In this document: one piece after another, positions 33,364-44,027 of the stretch
How the letters are laid out: each line of letters begins with the position of its first letter
Numbering within the stretch: the first letter of the stretch is position 1
NCBI GenBank assembly: GCA_963727895.1
Contig: CAVSHT010000012.1
Span: forward strand, 320,001 to 384,000
From: an uncultured Methanosarcinaceae archaeon
GTDB taxonomy: Archaea > Halobacteriota > Methanosarcinia > Methanosarcinales > Methanosarcinaceae
Reading direction: 5' to 3'
Length of the DNA: 64,000 nt
Made by a program: the position numbers and the translations under genes
The notes under the pieces: generated by a model
What the model was told of the DNA's origin: nothing
Databases searched by the model: none
Seen by the model: only the letters and a program-made list of their open reading frames with translations

Positions 33364-34076
33364 ATGACAAGAGAACAACTCTATTCAGGGAAAGCAAAAA
33401 CTATCTATAAGACGGATGATCCTGATACCCTTATTACCGAATTCCGAAACAGTTTAACTGCATTTAACGGAGAAAAAAAGGGGAAATGGAAAAAAAAGGG
33501 TATTACAATGCTCAGATCTCAAAGAAATTATTTGAGATGCTCGAAGCAGAGGGAATAAAGACTCATTTTGTAGAAATGCTTTCTGACATCGATATGCTTG
33601 TGAAGAAAGTCGATATTATAAAAATAGAAGTCATTGTAAGGAATATTGCCGCAGGCTCTATTACAAAAAGATATCCTATAAAAGAAGGTACAATTTTTAA
33701 ATTCCCTGTACTTGTTTTTGACTTCAAGAATGACGAGTACGGAGATCCTATGCTGAATGATGACATAGCTCTTGCTCTTGGGTTAGCAACAGTAGAAGAA
33801 CTTGCCATCCTCCGGAAACTCGCTTTGAAAATCAACGAATTACTTGTGCCCTATCTGGACAAAAAAGGTATTTTACTTCCTGATTTCAAGCTGGAATTCG
33901 GGAGGAGAAATGGAGAGATCATCCTTGCAGATGAAATTTCATGCGATACCTGTCGGTTCTGGGACAAGAGCACTGGGCAGTCTATGGACAAAGATGTCTT
34001 CAGGTTTGACAAAGGCGACATTTCCGAGGCTTATGAAGAAGTTGCTCGGCGTATAGTTCCTGAGATATTTGAATAA
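33364..34076 (+). pseudogene. purC: SAICAR synthetase, split by a single-base frameshift at about 33473-33483
   Basis: Frame 1 [15 protein letters not shown]...TAFNGEKK; frame 2 [10 protein letters not shown]...[11 protein letters not shown]...DFKLEFG...[14 protein letters not shown]. Confidence 0.9.
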
Positions 34077-34219
34077 TCATAATAAAGGCCAGGAAGACCT
34101 GTATTAGCCATATAAAGGCTTCAAAGTTTTCCTACCTGCTTATTTTGTTTTTAGTATTGCAATAAACAATTTCTCTTTAGTTACACTGTTTCTGGTTTTG
34201 ATGTCGTTATTTAATATCG

Positions 34220-35446
34220 TTATGTTTTTAAGAATGAATCCAGAGTCGTTTGAAAACGGAAGTTAGAAAGCATCTTTGCCTGTTGAACCCATTCAGTTTT
34301 TGCTGTGTTTACTCTACTTGCAAGGTCCGAAACTGCGGTTTCAAGAGAATCGAATTTTTGTGGAGGATTTCGAAGAGCTTCTCTCATGCCTTCCCGCACG
34401 ACCCATACTCCAAGAGGAGCCCAATAATCCGGAGTTATTTCTCGGAGCACGAAGATGGAAGCCTGCCTTTTAATTTCAGCTAGATATTCAAGCACAGGCA
34501 GCCGTGCGGCATAATAGCCTCCAGCCAGAGGAGAATATCCTTTCTTTTTTTCATAGCCCTCACTATCTTCCCCAATCCAGATCGATTCTCCAGACCAGAC
34601 TGTTTTTGGAAGCCAGATCTCAATAAGTTCGAAAGAGTAAGCCCGTGGAAGAATAAGAACCTCAAAATGGTTCCCAAAATGCGTTCCACTAAAAAGCTGG
34701 ATCTCTGAAACCCAGGGAAAATCCTTTATGCGGTCTGCAAGTTCTTTTCCTGCCATATCATCAACGGCTGTAATCGACCAGCGCGTTGGCACGATTTTTC
34801 GTTCATTTCCTAACAGGCCAATGGAGAATAAGCGCGTAATCTGTTCAGCAGGGATATTATCTTTATAGAGTTCAAGCACGGCATCTTTTGCCAGGGCATC
34901 TGTGTCATATACAAGATAATCCACTTTTTTTGGCACGTTAGGATTTTCTGCAAGCTCAAAATTTTTGACAAGCCCCGAAGGTCCCATAGGTGTTAATATG
35001 GCATCGAATTTGAGTTCCTGTTTTGGAGCTTTGAAAAACCAGGCTTCGGTATCTACTGGCTTTTTGGCTAGAGCAAGTTCTTGAGCCTTTACAAGGAGAG
35101 GATTGTCTTTGCTGCGAGCATCTTTTACATGGAAGTTTGTGTTTGCCCTGACCATTGTGGAACGCATAGAGATAATATCTTCAATCTGCATGTTTGCCCA
35201 AGCTGAAGGCTCTTCCAAAACAGAAGCTTCGCTTTCTTTTGCCAGAGGAGGAATAAGCGGACCTGCTGACACCCTCGGATAACCGTAGCTTCCAACAAAA
35301 ATAGCAGGAGGAGAGGCTCCAAAAACCGAGTCTCCGGATATCACAGGAGCAATTGATTCAAAAGACTTGAATTTCTCAAGAATTGGACAATGAGGACGCC
35401 CACAAATTCCTTTTCCTTTACACTTTATACACAGAGCATCATTCAC
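34220..35446 (-). CDS. nreA: Nre-family DNA repair protein
   Basis: N-terminal CIKCKG...C...C, FVGSYGYP.V, PTRWSITAVD, GGYYAARL; C-terminal PIP box QTTLDSF. Confidence 0.9.
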   Translation of the reverse strand: MNDALCIKCKGKGICGRPHCPILEKFKSFESIAPVISGDSVFGASPPAIFVGSYGYPRVSAGPLIPPLAKESEASVLEEPSAWANMQIEDIISMRSTMVRANTNFHVKDARSKDNPLLVKAQELALAKKPVDTEAWFFKAPKQELKFDAILTPMGPSGLVKNFELAENPNVPKKVDYLVYDTDALAKDAVLELYKDNIPAEQITRLFSIGLLGNERKIVPTRWSITAVDDMAGKELADRIKDFPWVSEIQLFSGTHFGNHFEVLILPRAYSFELIEIWLPKTVWSGESIWIGEDSEGYEKKKGYSPLAGGYYAARLPVLEYLAEIKRQASIFVLREITPDYWAPLGVWVVREGMREALRNPPQKFDSLETAVSDLASRVNTAKTEWVQQAKMLSNFRFQTTLDSFLKT

Positions 35447-35814
35447 TTTAAATCCATATCCTCACATATGATACAGGGATTGGCTTCAGGAGCATTTTTA
35501 TATAACCAACCGGACCCGGACTTTTGAACAAAGCTACAAATTGCACACATGCCTTTTGTTTTTTCCTGAGAGGACAAGCCTTGATTTAAAAGTATTGATG
35601 CAAATTTTTTTATTTCCTCTTGAGTTTCCTTAGAAAAATCAACTTCAGCTCCACGTTTTTCACTCACATATTGAGATACTGCAGCCCTTGATAGCTCCAA
35701 GATCTCCGCTACATCTTGCTGTGTGCATCCGTATTCAAAAATCAGTGCTCTGGAAAGCTCTGCCCGAATTGCGGGTAAGACTTTCTGTACCATTATTTCA
35801 CACGTCGTCTTCAT
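35443..35814 (-). CDS. HTH transcriptional regulator (COG2522-like)
   Basis: CEIMVQKVLPAIRAEL, TQQDVAEILELSRAAVSQYVSEKRG; C-terminal Cys pairs. Confidence 0.85.
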   Translation of the reverse strand: MKTTCEIMVQKVLPAIRAELSRALIFEYGCTQQDVAEILELSRAAVSQYVSEKRGAEVDFSKETQEEIKKFASILLNQGLSSQEKTKGMCAICSFVQKSGSGWLYKNAPEANPCIICEDMDLK

Positions 35815-36030
35815 AGGAGACCAACACCACATATATCACAGAATTTAAATCCGTAGATTGTATAAGAAAGTTTCTTATTTATTATATTATGTTTTTGTTT
35901 ATTAAGTATATATTTTGTCCCCATAAATTTACCGACAACGTATACTACCTACATACCGACAAAATTCTATTACTCCGGGTCTGAATAGATATTATTAGAC
36001 CCGGCTTACCCTTGGAGGTTGATCAGGATT

Positions 36031-36339
36031 TTAGTTTTTAATCTGTTCAGCAGAGAAACCCTTTTCCATGAGGACTTCTTTCATGCGGGCCAAGTGATTG
36101 CCTTGAAGTTCTACAGTATTTCCTTTTACTGTACCACCGCATGCAAACTTTGATTTAAGATAAGTAGACAGTTCGTGAAGATCTATTTCACTTGCATCGA
36201 AACCTTCTACAACGGTGACTTCTTTTCCGTATCTTCTTCTGTTAACTTTCACAGTAATTCTCTGTTGCTCTTTTGCAACTTCTTCGCAAATGCAAAGTTC
36301 TTTTGGAAGCCCACATACTGGGCACATTCCGCTGCTCAT
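36031..36339 (-). CDS. Translation initiation factor aIF1 (SUI1)
   Basis: [42 protein letters not shown]. Confidence 0.95.
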   Translation of the reverse strand: MSSGMCPVCGLPKELCICEEVAKEQQRITVKVNRRRYGKEVTVVEGFDASEIDLHELSTYLKSKFACGGTVKGNTVELQGNHLARMKEVLMEKGFSAEQIKN

Positions 36340-36864
36340 TTGTTGGTATATCCTCCGAATTTGTAATCATCATATATGTAATTTACATCTAAAAATAACT
36401 AATAGATATAAAGTACTTATCGATGAAGGTATTAAAGCCTAATGGTATTTTTCAGGCACTTTATGCTGAATTTCAGTAATAGCCGTAAATTGACTACAAC
36501 GTAAAAAGCCATCCAATGCTTTATTATGTTTTAATTTTTTTGTTTAATTCTGTGTGTTTGTTCGTATAATAAAATATAATAGTTTGATTTTCTGAAAAGT
36601 TACAGGCAACGAGTAAAAAATCTGGAAAATATAGAGAATGTTCGGATACTAATATTTAGGGAAAGAATATAAATCGAAAAAGCTAAAAATTGCTTAAAAT
36701 CCCCGCTTTAACCGGAAAAGCATCTCTTATTCATCAAGAAATTAGATATATCTTGAATTCCATTTCCTTGTATTATCTGTATTATACTGATATATATACT
36801 TCTATTATATAAATACAACAGAATAAAACAAATAAATACAATAATTTACATTAGGGGGAACCTG

Positions 36865-37113
36865 ATGAATGAACTAAACGATTTAATAGGTTTTGTAAAT
36901 GGAAATAGTATAAGGCAAAAAATACTCTCCTTACTTTCCTCAAAAGGAGAAATGGAAGGTAAAAGAGTATCAAAAACCCTGAGAGTTGCATATCCCACCA
37001 TTGCAAAAACTCTAGATGAACTTGAAGAAAAAAAATTGATTACAAAAAAGGAAGAAATTTACTCTCTCACAGAATCTGGAATAAAAGTCGAAAAAATGAT
37101 CCAACAAATCTAA
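36865..37113 (+). CDS. Small winged-helix protein
   Basis: RQKILSLL, TIAKTLDELEEKKLI, YSLTESG. Confidence 0.8.
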   Translation: MNELNDLIGFVNGNSIRQKILSLLSSKGEMEGKRVSKTLRVAYPTIAKTLDELEEKKLITKKEEIYSLTESGIKVEKMIQQI

Positions 37114-37303
37114 TCCTACATGCATAATATACTTCTATCTACTTTTTTAATAATATTTTTGATATATAGTTCTTTTCAAAATCAACTTTATTCTCAATCA
37201 ACAGAAACTTTAAGGTAATTTCTTCGCAAAATTAGAGCGCGATAGAACTAGCTACACACAATTATAGGATAAGTAAAACATTATAAATTCAATCCCGTAA
37301 ATC

Positions 37304-37353
37304 AGCCCTCTTGAGCGAAGCGAAAAGGGCATCGTCCTCCCGAGACGAAACTC
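37304..37353 (+). repeat. 50-bp GC-rich structured repeat, copy A
   Basis: AGCCCTCTTGAGCGAAGCGAAAAGGGCATCGTCCTCCCGAGACGAAACTC; 48/50 identical to the reverse complement of 39762-39811. Confidence 0.92.
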
Positions 37354-37442
37354 GGGTGGTGGAACTCGGGTGGTGGAACTCGGGTGGTGGAACTCGGGTG
37401 GTGGAACTCGGGTGGTGGAACTCGGGTGGTGGAACTCGGGTG
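37349..37442 (+). repeat. 14-bp tandem repeat AACTCGGGTGGTGG, 6 perfect copies plus a partial
   Basis: Counted directly; no spacers. Confidence 0.97.
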
Positions 37443-37606
37443 ACTAGACTCTAGCGGGTTAGAAATGTTTATTAAATTCTTATCCCTTTATGTCGGCATA
37501 GACTGTTAATGCTAATATTGAAAATCTTGAATTTCAGGGAATAATTTCAAGAAAAAAAATCAAAATTCCGGCACCTAAAAAAGGACTAAGTATCAGAGGC
37601 AAGGCA

Positions 37607-39754
37607 ATGTTACCTGAAGAAGACCTTAAGATCATAAAAAAAGAACTCGGACGAGAGCCAACCCTGGTAGAACAGGGCTGTTTTTTAAACTTATGGAGCG
37701 AACACTGTTCCTACCGTTCGAGTGCTCCTCTCCTGAAAACTTTTACTAGTAAGGGTGAAAACGTAATTATCGGCCCTGGAGACGATGCTGCAATTATAAG
37801 ATTTGAAGATGGATATGTGCTTGCTATAGGTATGGAAAGCCATAATCATCCATCATATGTTGATCCGTACAACGGAGCCGCTACCGGTGTAGGAGGTATT
37901 GTTAGAGATATAATCTCTATGGGAGCTCGTCCTATAGCCCTTATGGATCCGTTATACTTCGGGCCTCTTGACACTCCAAAAAACCTTTTTCTTTTTGAAC
38001 AGATTATTAAAGGAATTGCAGGGTATGGCAACTGCATAGGAGTGCCTGTGGTTAAGGGTGAGACCTTCTTTGACCGAAAATACAGCGGAAATCCACTTGT
38101 AAATGTGGTTGCAGTAGGACTCTGTAAAGAAGAGGAGATTATAACCGCTCGCTCCCAGAAAGCAGGAAACAAGCTTGTACTCGCAGGTTCAAACACAGGA
38201 AGAGATGGGCTTGGAGGTGCTTCTTTTGCCTCAAGGGATCTATCCGAGTCAGCTGAAGCTGAAGACCGCCCAAGTGTTCAGGTAGGAGACCCTTATACCG
38301 AAAAGCTTGTAATTGAAATGACGCTGGAAGCGATAAGGAAGGGATATATAAAATCCTGTAAAGATCTTGGAGCTGCTGGTCTGGGGGGCGCAAGCTCGGA
38401 ACTGGCTGCTAAAGGAGGACTTGGGGCTCGAATCATTGCAGACGCAGTACCCCAGCGCGAACCTAATATGAATGCGTATGAAATCCTGCTTGCAGAATCT
38501 CAGGAACGTATGGTCTTTGAGGTTGCTCCTGAAGATGTCGATGCTGTACTTGATCTGGTGGCAAAATACGATCTTAATGGTGCTGTAGTAGGATATCTGA
38601 CAGAAAAACCAAATTATACAATTGAGTTCAAAGGGGAAATTGTTGCTGATATTCCAATCGATTTGCTGACAGGTGGAGCTCCAACCTGTGAGAAACCTTC
38701 AGTAACTCCTATTTATGAGGTTCAAGAAGGTAAAGCTCCTGAAACCCCGAAAGACCTGAAAGCAGCTTTTTTGAAAGTCCTATCTTCCTATAATATTGCC
38801 TCGAAAGAGTGGATTTACAGGCAATATGACCATGAAGTCCAGTTGAGAACAATTATCAAGCCAGGAGAAGACTCTGGTGTGCTTAAGATAACTGATAAAA
38901 AAGGAATTGCACTATCCTGTGGCTGCCAGCCGAGAGCTACCCTTATTGATCCCTACACCGGAGGAAAAACTGCAGTAATAGAAAATGTCATGAACCTTGC
39001 AGTAAAAGGAGCAGAAGCGCTTGCTATTGTAAACTGCCTTAACTTTGGAAATCCCGATCGTCCAGATATTTATTGGCAATTCAAAAATGCCGTACTTGGA
39101 CTTGGAGACGAAGCAAGAGAACTCTCAATTCCAGTTGTAGGAGGAAATGTTTCTCTATATAACGAAAGCTACGAATTAAAGACCTCAATTCTTCCGACTC
39201 CTTCAATAGGAATGATAGGGAAAGTAGACCTTGAAATTCCACTTCCTTCAAGCTATTTTGCCAAATCCGGAGATACCATAATATTGGTAGGAGAAACAAC
39301 TTCGGAGATGGGCGGTTCAGAATATTATGCCTGTTTCGGTGTTCAGAATGCTGGAAAAGTTCCTTCTATTCCAAAAAATGCTCCTGAAATCATAAAAGCC
39401 GTTATCGAAGCAGCAAAAAGCGGAAAACTCAGTTCAGCACATGATCTATCCCTTGGAGGAATTGCAGCAGGACTTGCAAGAATGTGCAGAAATAGCGGCG
39501 CAGAGATAGATTTGAGTGGAATTGCAGAAATAAAATCTGAAGAGTTATTATTCTCAGAATCTCATGCAAGAGCTCTGCTTGCTACAAGCGAGCCAAAAGC
39601 TGTACTGGAAATAATCAAAAATATACCTCATATGATAATTGGCAAGGTCGGAGGCAATTCTCTTGAGGTTAAAGGAAAAGACTTTGAAATATCTCTCGCC
39701 TTAAAAGAAATCTCTGATGCATATGACAGCCTTACAAGATTTATGATGGGCTGA
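37607..39754 (+). CDS. purL: Phosphoribosylformylglycinamidine synthase subunit PurL
   Basis: [47 protein letters not shown]. Confidence 0.97.
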   Translation: MLPEEDLKIIKKELGREPTLVEQGCFLNLWSEHCSYRSSAPLLKTFTSKGENVIIGPGDDAAIIRFEDGYVLAIGMESHNHPSYVDPYNGAATGVGGIVRDIISMGARPIALMDPLYFGPLDTPKNLFLFEQIIKGIAGYGNCIGVPVVKGETFFDRKYSGNPLVNVVAVGLCKEEEIITARSQKAGNKLVLAGSNTGRDGLGGASFASRDLSESAEAEDRPSVQVGDPYTEKLVIEMTLEAIRKGYIKSCKDLGAAGLGGASSELAAKGGLGARIIADAVPQREPNMNAYEILLAESQERMVFEVAPEDVDAVLDLVAKYDLNGAVVGYLTEKPNYTIEFKGEIVADIPIDLLTGGAPTCEKPSVTPIYEVQEGKAPETPKDLKAAFLKVLSSYNIASKEWIYRQYDHEVQLRTIIKPGEDSGVLKITDKKGIALSCGCQPRATLIDPYTGGKTAVIENVMNLAVKGAEALAIVNCLNFGNPDRPDIYWQFKNAVLGLGDEARELSIPVVGGNVSLYNESYELKTSILPTPSIGMIGKVDLEIPLPSSYFAKSGDTIILVGETTSEMGGSEYYACFGVQNAGKVPSIPKNAPEIIKAVIEAAKSGKLSSAHDLSLGGIAAGLARMCRNSGAEIDLSGIAEIKSEELLFSESHARALLATSEPKAVLEIIKNIPHMIIGKVGGNSLEVKGKDFEISLALKEISDAYDSLTRFMMG

Positions 39755-39761
39755 CTCTCCT

Positions 39762-39811
39762 GAGTTTCGTCTCGGGAGGACGATGCCCTTTTCGCGTTGC
39801 TCAAGAGGGCT
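39762..39811 (-). repeat. 50-bp GC-rich structured repeat, copy B (inverted)
   Basis: Begins 7 nt after the purL stop; reverse complement matches 37304-37353. Confidence 0.92.
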
Positions 39812-39823
39812 TTTTAAATATTG

Positions 39824-40563
39824 GGCATTGGTACACAAAAATAAATATATATGCTTATAACATATATTTCTTCATGAACTGCCCAAAATGTAATAGTTCC
39901 AGTCACAAAAATAATGGTATAGTTGGCGGGCGTCAACGGTACAAATGCTCTGATTGTGGCTATAACTATACAGTAGAGCTAAAATCAACTGCTTTTTCCG
40001 CTTCTGTAAAAAGACAGGCTTTACAACTTTACCTTGAAGGATTGGGCTTTCGTTCAATAGGAAGATTTTTAGGGGTGAGTCATGTTTTTGTCCAAAAATG
40101 GATCAAGAAATTTGGTCAAGAGTGAGAGAACCTAAAAAGTGAAAATGAGATACCTATTGTTGAAATGGATGAAATGCACACTTACATCGGTAACAAAAAA
40201 AATATTGCTGGATCTGGATTGCTGTTGATAGAGTTGGGAAAAAATTCATCAACTGCTCTTTTGGTAGTAGAGGAACGGAAACTGGAAAACTACTCTGGGA
40301 AAAATTGAAGAAAAAAGACATTGGAGAAGTGATGACAGATCACTGGAGAGCATATGCAGAGTTTCTTCCAGAAAAGAGTCATACTCAATCAAAAGCAAAA
40401 ACGTATACTGTTGAAGGATATAACAGCATATTGAGGCATTTTCTAGCAAGGTTGAGAAGAAAGACAAAGTGTTATACGAAGAGTCTTGAAATGCTAAAGT
40501 ACTCGGTTATTCTATTGATGAAATAAAGAAATAAAGAACTGGATATAGTTAAGTAACAATACC
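39824..40563 (+). mobile_element. IS1-family element, copy 2 (740 bp, nonsense-inactivated)
   Basis: Ends GGCATTGG... / ...ACAATACC; TSD AAATATTG (39816-39823, 40564-40571); in-frame TGA at 40123. Confidence 0.95.
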
Positions 40564-40849
40564 AAATATTGTAAATAAAATTTCATTTAAGTGAGGTAAC
40601 TTACAAGGCTACAAGTTTTTGCCCATGCCTTGTGTTAGAAGTCAAAAATTTTTTTGATTCCTATTTGAATGGGGTCTCATCCCATCTTCTCTTTTAAGCT
40701 GTTTTTAATTTAAGTGATACTTTTTGCCTCGAATCATTTCATTTTTGGTATTTTTTGATCCCACTGAAAGTTCAGATATGACACAAAAATAGTTTTGAGT
40801 TAATTAAAACAATAGTTATTAGTAGCTTTTTGTATTAGATTACTTTGTT

Positions 40850-41986
40850 ATGAAAGCTGTATGCATCTGTATGGGAGTGCATCTGCCTTACAGTCCCAAG
40901 TGGTATTGGCCTGTAGAGGGTTTTATAGGGGTGCCTGAAGTCGACCGGTATTTTGACCGGAACACTATTTTCTCTAACTTTTCAAAAACAAGCCGTCAAC
41001 TTTTACGCCTTAATGATCTGGTTCTGGAGTCAATAGAGAATGAAGGAAGATATTCTTTTGATCTATCAGGGCCTTTTCTTGAACAATGTAAATGGGACCC
41101 TGAACTTCTCGAATCATTCAACGAACTTGGAGATAGTGGAAGCGTGGAATTTACAGGTAGCTGTAAGTTTCACTCTTTGAGTTCATTGTATCCCAATCTT
41201 TCTTGGTTTAAGGAAGAAGTGCTCGTATATAGAGAACTGCTGCAAGAACTATTGAGAATCACCCCTGAGACGTTTGTAAATACGGAGCTTCTGCATACTG
41301 AAAGAGTAGGGAAGATTATTTCTGATATGGGTTTCAAGTGTCTTATCGCAGAAGGGTCCAGTAATCTACTGAATGGATGTGACCCTGTAAATGTTTTTGA
41401 AAATCATCTTCCAACTTTGTTAAGGCACATAAATCTGAGCGAAGATTTAGAACTGCGTTTTTCTGAACGAGAATGGCAAGGGTATCCTCTTATCCCAGAA
41501 AAATTTGCAGACTGGATTTCTAGCATGGAAGGAGATGTTTTAACCCTTTATTTTAACTATGCAAACCTTTGCTTCCACTACAGAAACAAAAGTATGATAA
41601 CTGATTTTATGCGAACATTTCCAGAATCTCTCAATGCCAGAGGTATTGAGATGATAACGCCATCCGAAGCTGTAAAACGATTTAACTCTGTGAAACTTTC
41701 TACTCTGGGAACCGGTCAGACAATACGTTATGGTATGGATAATGCAATAGGAAACCATGCACAACAGCTTTACCTGCGAGAACTGGTAACAGTTGGAGAG
41801 GAACTCTCAAGGCTTAAGAAAAATAAAAATTATTGGAAACTTAAACAGGTATTCAGTTACCTCCAGCAGGGTGACATATTTTTTTCTATGAATTCTGGAA
41901 ATATCAGGGATGGATATGAAAGGGCTGTAAACTATTTTTCTATCCTTTCTGATTTCAGAAGAGCTGTTTTGGAGGAAAGAGCATGA
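40850..41986 (+). CDS. GH57 alpha-amylase-like protein, probably catalytically incomplete
   Basis: HLP, HSLSSL, NTEL, LSEDLELRFS; FNYANL in place of the MDYETFGEH acid/base motif. Confidence 0.85.
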   Translation: MKAVCICMGVHLPYSPKWYWPVEGFIGVPEVDRYFDRNTIFSNFSKTSRQLLRLNDLVLESIENEGRYSFDLSGPFLEQCKWDPELLESFNELGDSGSVEFTGSCKFHSLSSLYPNLSWFKEEVLVYRELLQELLRITPETFVNTELLHTERVGKIISDMGFKCLIAEGSSNLLNGCDPVNVFENHLPTLLRHINLSEDLELRFSEREWQGYPLIPEKFADWISSMEGDVLTLYFNYANLCFHYRNKSMITDFMRTFPESLNARGIEMITPSEAVKRFNSVKLSTLGTGQTIRYGMDNAIGNHAQQLYLRELVTVGEELSRLKKNKNYWKLKQVFSYLQQGDIFFSMNSGNIRDGYERAVNYFSILSDFRRAVLEERA

Positions 41987-43179
41987 CCTCGGTTTGCGTA
42001 TATTTCCAGGCACATCAACCGTTCAGACTGAAAAGATTCTGGCCTGATGATAAATCAGGTTTTTTCCGTTATTTTGATGAGAAAAGCAACAGGGAAATTT
42101 TTGAGAGGGTTGCTCAAAAATGTTACGTTCCTACAAACAAACTCTTGCTTAATTCTCTTGATGAATATAAGGGAGAATTCAGATTTTCTTATTCTATTAC
42201 CGGAACCTTGCTCGAACAATGCGAATTATGGGGAAAAGATGTGCTCGAAAGCTTCCGACAAATGGCTGAAACCGGAGCAGTAGAATTTTTGGATGAAACC
42301 TTTTATCATTCCCTTTCAAGCCTTTTTGAAGATAAAGGCGAATTTATTGAAGAAATAAAAGAACACAGAGAACACGTGCATGATCTTTTGGGGGTTAAAC
42401 CTCAGGTATTCCGGAATACTGAACTGCTTTACAATAACACTATCGCAAAAATTGTTTCAGATCTTGGGTACAGGGCAATCCTTACCGAAGGTGCGGATCA
42501 TGTGCTTAATAGTAGATCTCCAAACGTGCTTTACAAGGCAAAAGGTTCAGGACTTCCTATTATTTTCAGGAATTACAAGCTGAGTGATGACATTGGATAC
42601 CGCTTCTCGTCGAGATGGTGGAAAGAATATCCTCTTACTGCAGAAAAATGGGCATCTTGGGCTTCAGGAATTAATGAAGACTGCATAAATATCTTCATGG
42701 ATTATGAAACCTTTGGAGAACATCAATGGAAAGAAACCGGAATATTTTCGTTTCTGCAAAAGTTTCCAGGGGAAGTACTTAAAACTAACCTGGATTTCAG
42801 CACCCCTCTTGAACTTGTAGAAAAATACTTTCCTGTCGCTGAAATTGATATTGGAGACTTTTCAACAATTTCCTGGGCTGATATGGAACGTGATACCAGT
42901 GCATGGTTAGGGAACGATATGCAAAGACGCTGCTTTGAAGAAATAAAATTGCTTGAGCCCTTTGTTAGAAAAACAAAAGATTCAGAACTTCTGCGTATAT
43001 GGAAACACCTCTTAACTTCAGATCATTACTATTATATGTGTACCAAATGGCTCGGGGACGGAGATGTACATTCCTATTTCAGTGTTCATCCCACACCTTT
43101 TGATGCAGCAGTTAATTTTATGGCTGTACTTATGGATTTCAAGGCACGAGTGTTCAGGAAACTTAGTTCAATAGCTTAA
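41983..43179 (+). CDS. GH57 alpha-amylase
   Basis: HQP, ETFYHSL, FRNTEL, LSDDIGYRFS, MDYETFGEH, TSDHYYYMCTK. Confidence 0.93.
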   Translation: MTSVCVYFQAHQPFRLKRFWPDDKSGFFRYFDEKSNREIFERVAQKCYVPTNKLLLNSLDEYKGEFRFSYSITGTLLEQCELWGKDVLESFRQMAETGAVEFLDETFYHSLSSLFEDKGEFIEEIKEHREHVHDLLGVKPQVFRNTELLYNNTIAKIVSDLGYRAILTEGADHVLNSRSPNVLYKAKGSGLPIIFRNYKLSDDIGYRFSSRWWKEYPLTAEKWASWASGINEDCINIFMDYETFGEHQWKETGIFSFLQKFPGEVLKTNLDFSTPLELVEKYFPVAEIDIGDFSTISWADMERDTSAWLGNDMQRRCFEEIKLLEPFVRKTKDSELLRIWKHLLTSDHYYYMCTKWLGDGDVHSYFSVHPTPFDAAVNFMAVLMDFKARVFRKLSSIA

Positions 43180-43217
43180 TTATGTGTACACATACTAAAT
43201 CATGGGAGGTAAATTGC

Positions 43218-44027
43218 ATGGTAAGGGACTTGTTCATGTTTGCAGGCTTCAATGAAAGCTCGCAGGTTGTATGGTTTAAGATAATCTATTCGAAAGAGCC
43301 TGGATCTTTGTCCTTAATAATTGACTTTCTCGAAAAAGAGAATGCTCTCATTATGTTTGGTCATCTGGATAATATTACACAAAATACAGGAGAGTATTCA
43401 GTATTTACCGAACTTAATAAAGACATAGATCCAGAAGAGTTCGCTCAAAAGATAAAAAAGCTTGACGTTGTAAGCGAGGTAGAATACGGAATTTCAAATT
43501 ATGGGATGGTTTATTCCGTAGACTTTCCTCTCAATATTCTCGGAGTTCGGGGAGTAATGGCAAGAGCACTTACAATTGTTGACATTATAAAAACTCTCAA
43601 TCAGAATGCCCCACATGCCGAGGGACTTCTCACTCTTTCAGGACTTAAAGGCGGGATTCATGCAGCAAAGTATTTTAAGAGTATTCTTAACCTTAATGAC
43701 AGTAACTTTGCAAGTATGCTTGCGGAACTCTTCAAAGCTGTGGGTTGGGGAATCCTTGAAATCGAATGTGATCTCAAGACTTATGAAGGAAAAATCACTG
43801 TGAAAGACTCGTTTATAGCTGATGTTTACGGTGGGTCGGAACAGCCAGTTTGTGCTTTTATGAGCGGTTATTTTGCAGGTTACCTTACTGAATATTTCGG
43901 AAAAAACATAAGTGTGAGGGAGGTCTGCTGTAAAGCTACAGGAAAGAAGGTCTGTGAACACATAATCTCGCCAGCGCCAGCGGGCGGTACAAGCCAGGAA
44001 TATCAGATGAGAGGGGAGATACGGTGA
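43218..44027 (+). CDS. ACT-like plus V4R domain protein
   Basis: N-terminal ACT-like EPGSL..I..FL; C-terminal V4R GWG, VC.F.SGYFAG, EVCC.ATG...CEH; GGAGGT upstream. Confidence 0.82.
   Translation: MVRDLFMFAGFNESSQVVWFKIIYSKEPGSLSLIIDFLEKENALIMFGHLDNITQNTGEYSVFTELNKDIDPEEFAQKIKKLDVVSEVEYGISNYGMVYSVDFPLNILGVRGVMARALTIVDIIKTLNQNAPHAEGLLTLSGLKGGIHAAKYFKSILNLNDSNFASMLAELFKAVGWGILEIECDLKTYEGKITVKDSFIADVYGGSEQPVCAFMSGYFAGYLTEYFGKNISVREVCCKATGKKVCEHIISPAPAGGTSQEYQMRGEIR

Noticed and set aside
37349..37442. Possible CRISPR array
   Set aside because: 14-bp units are contiguous with no spacers
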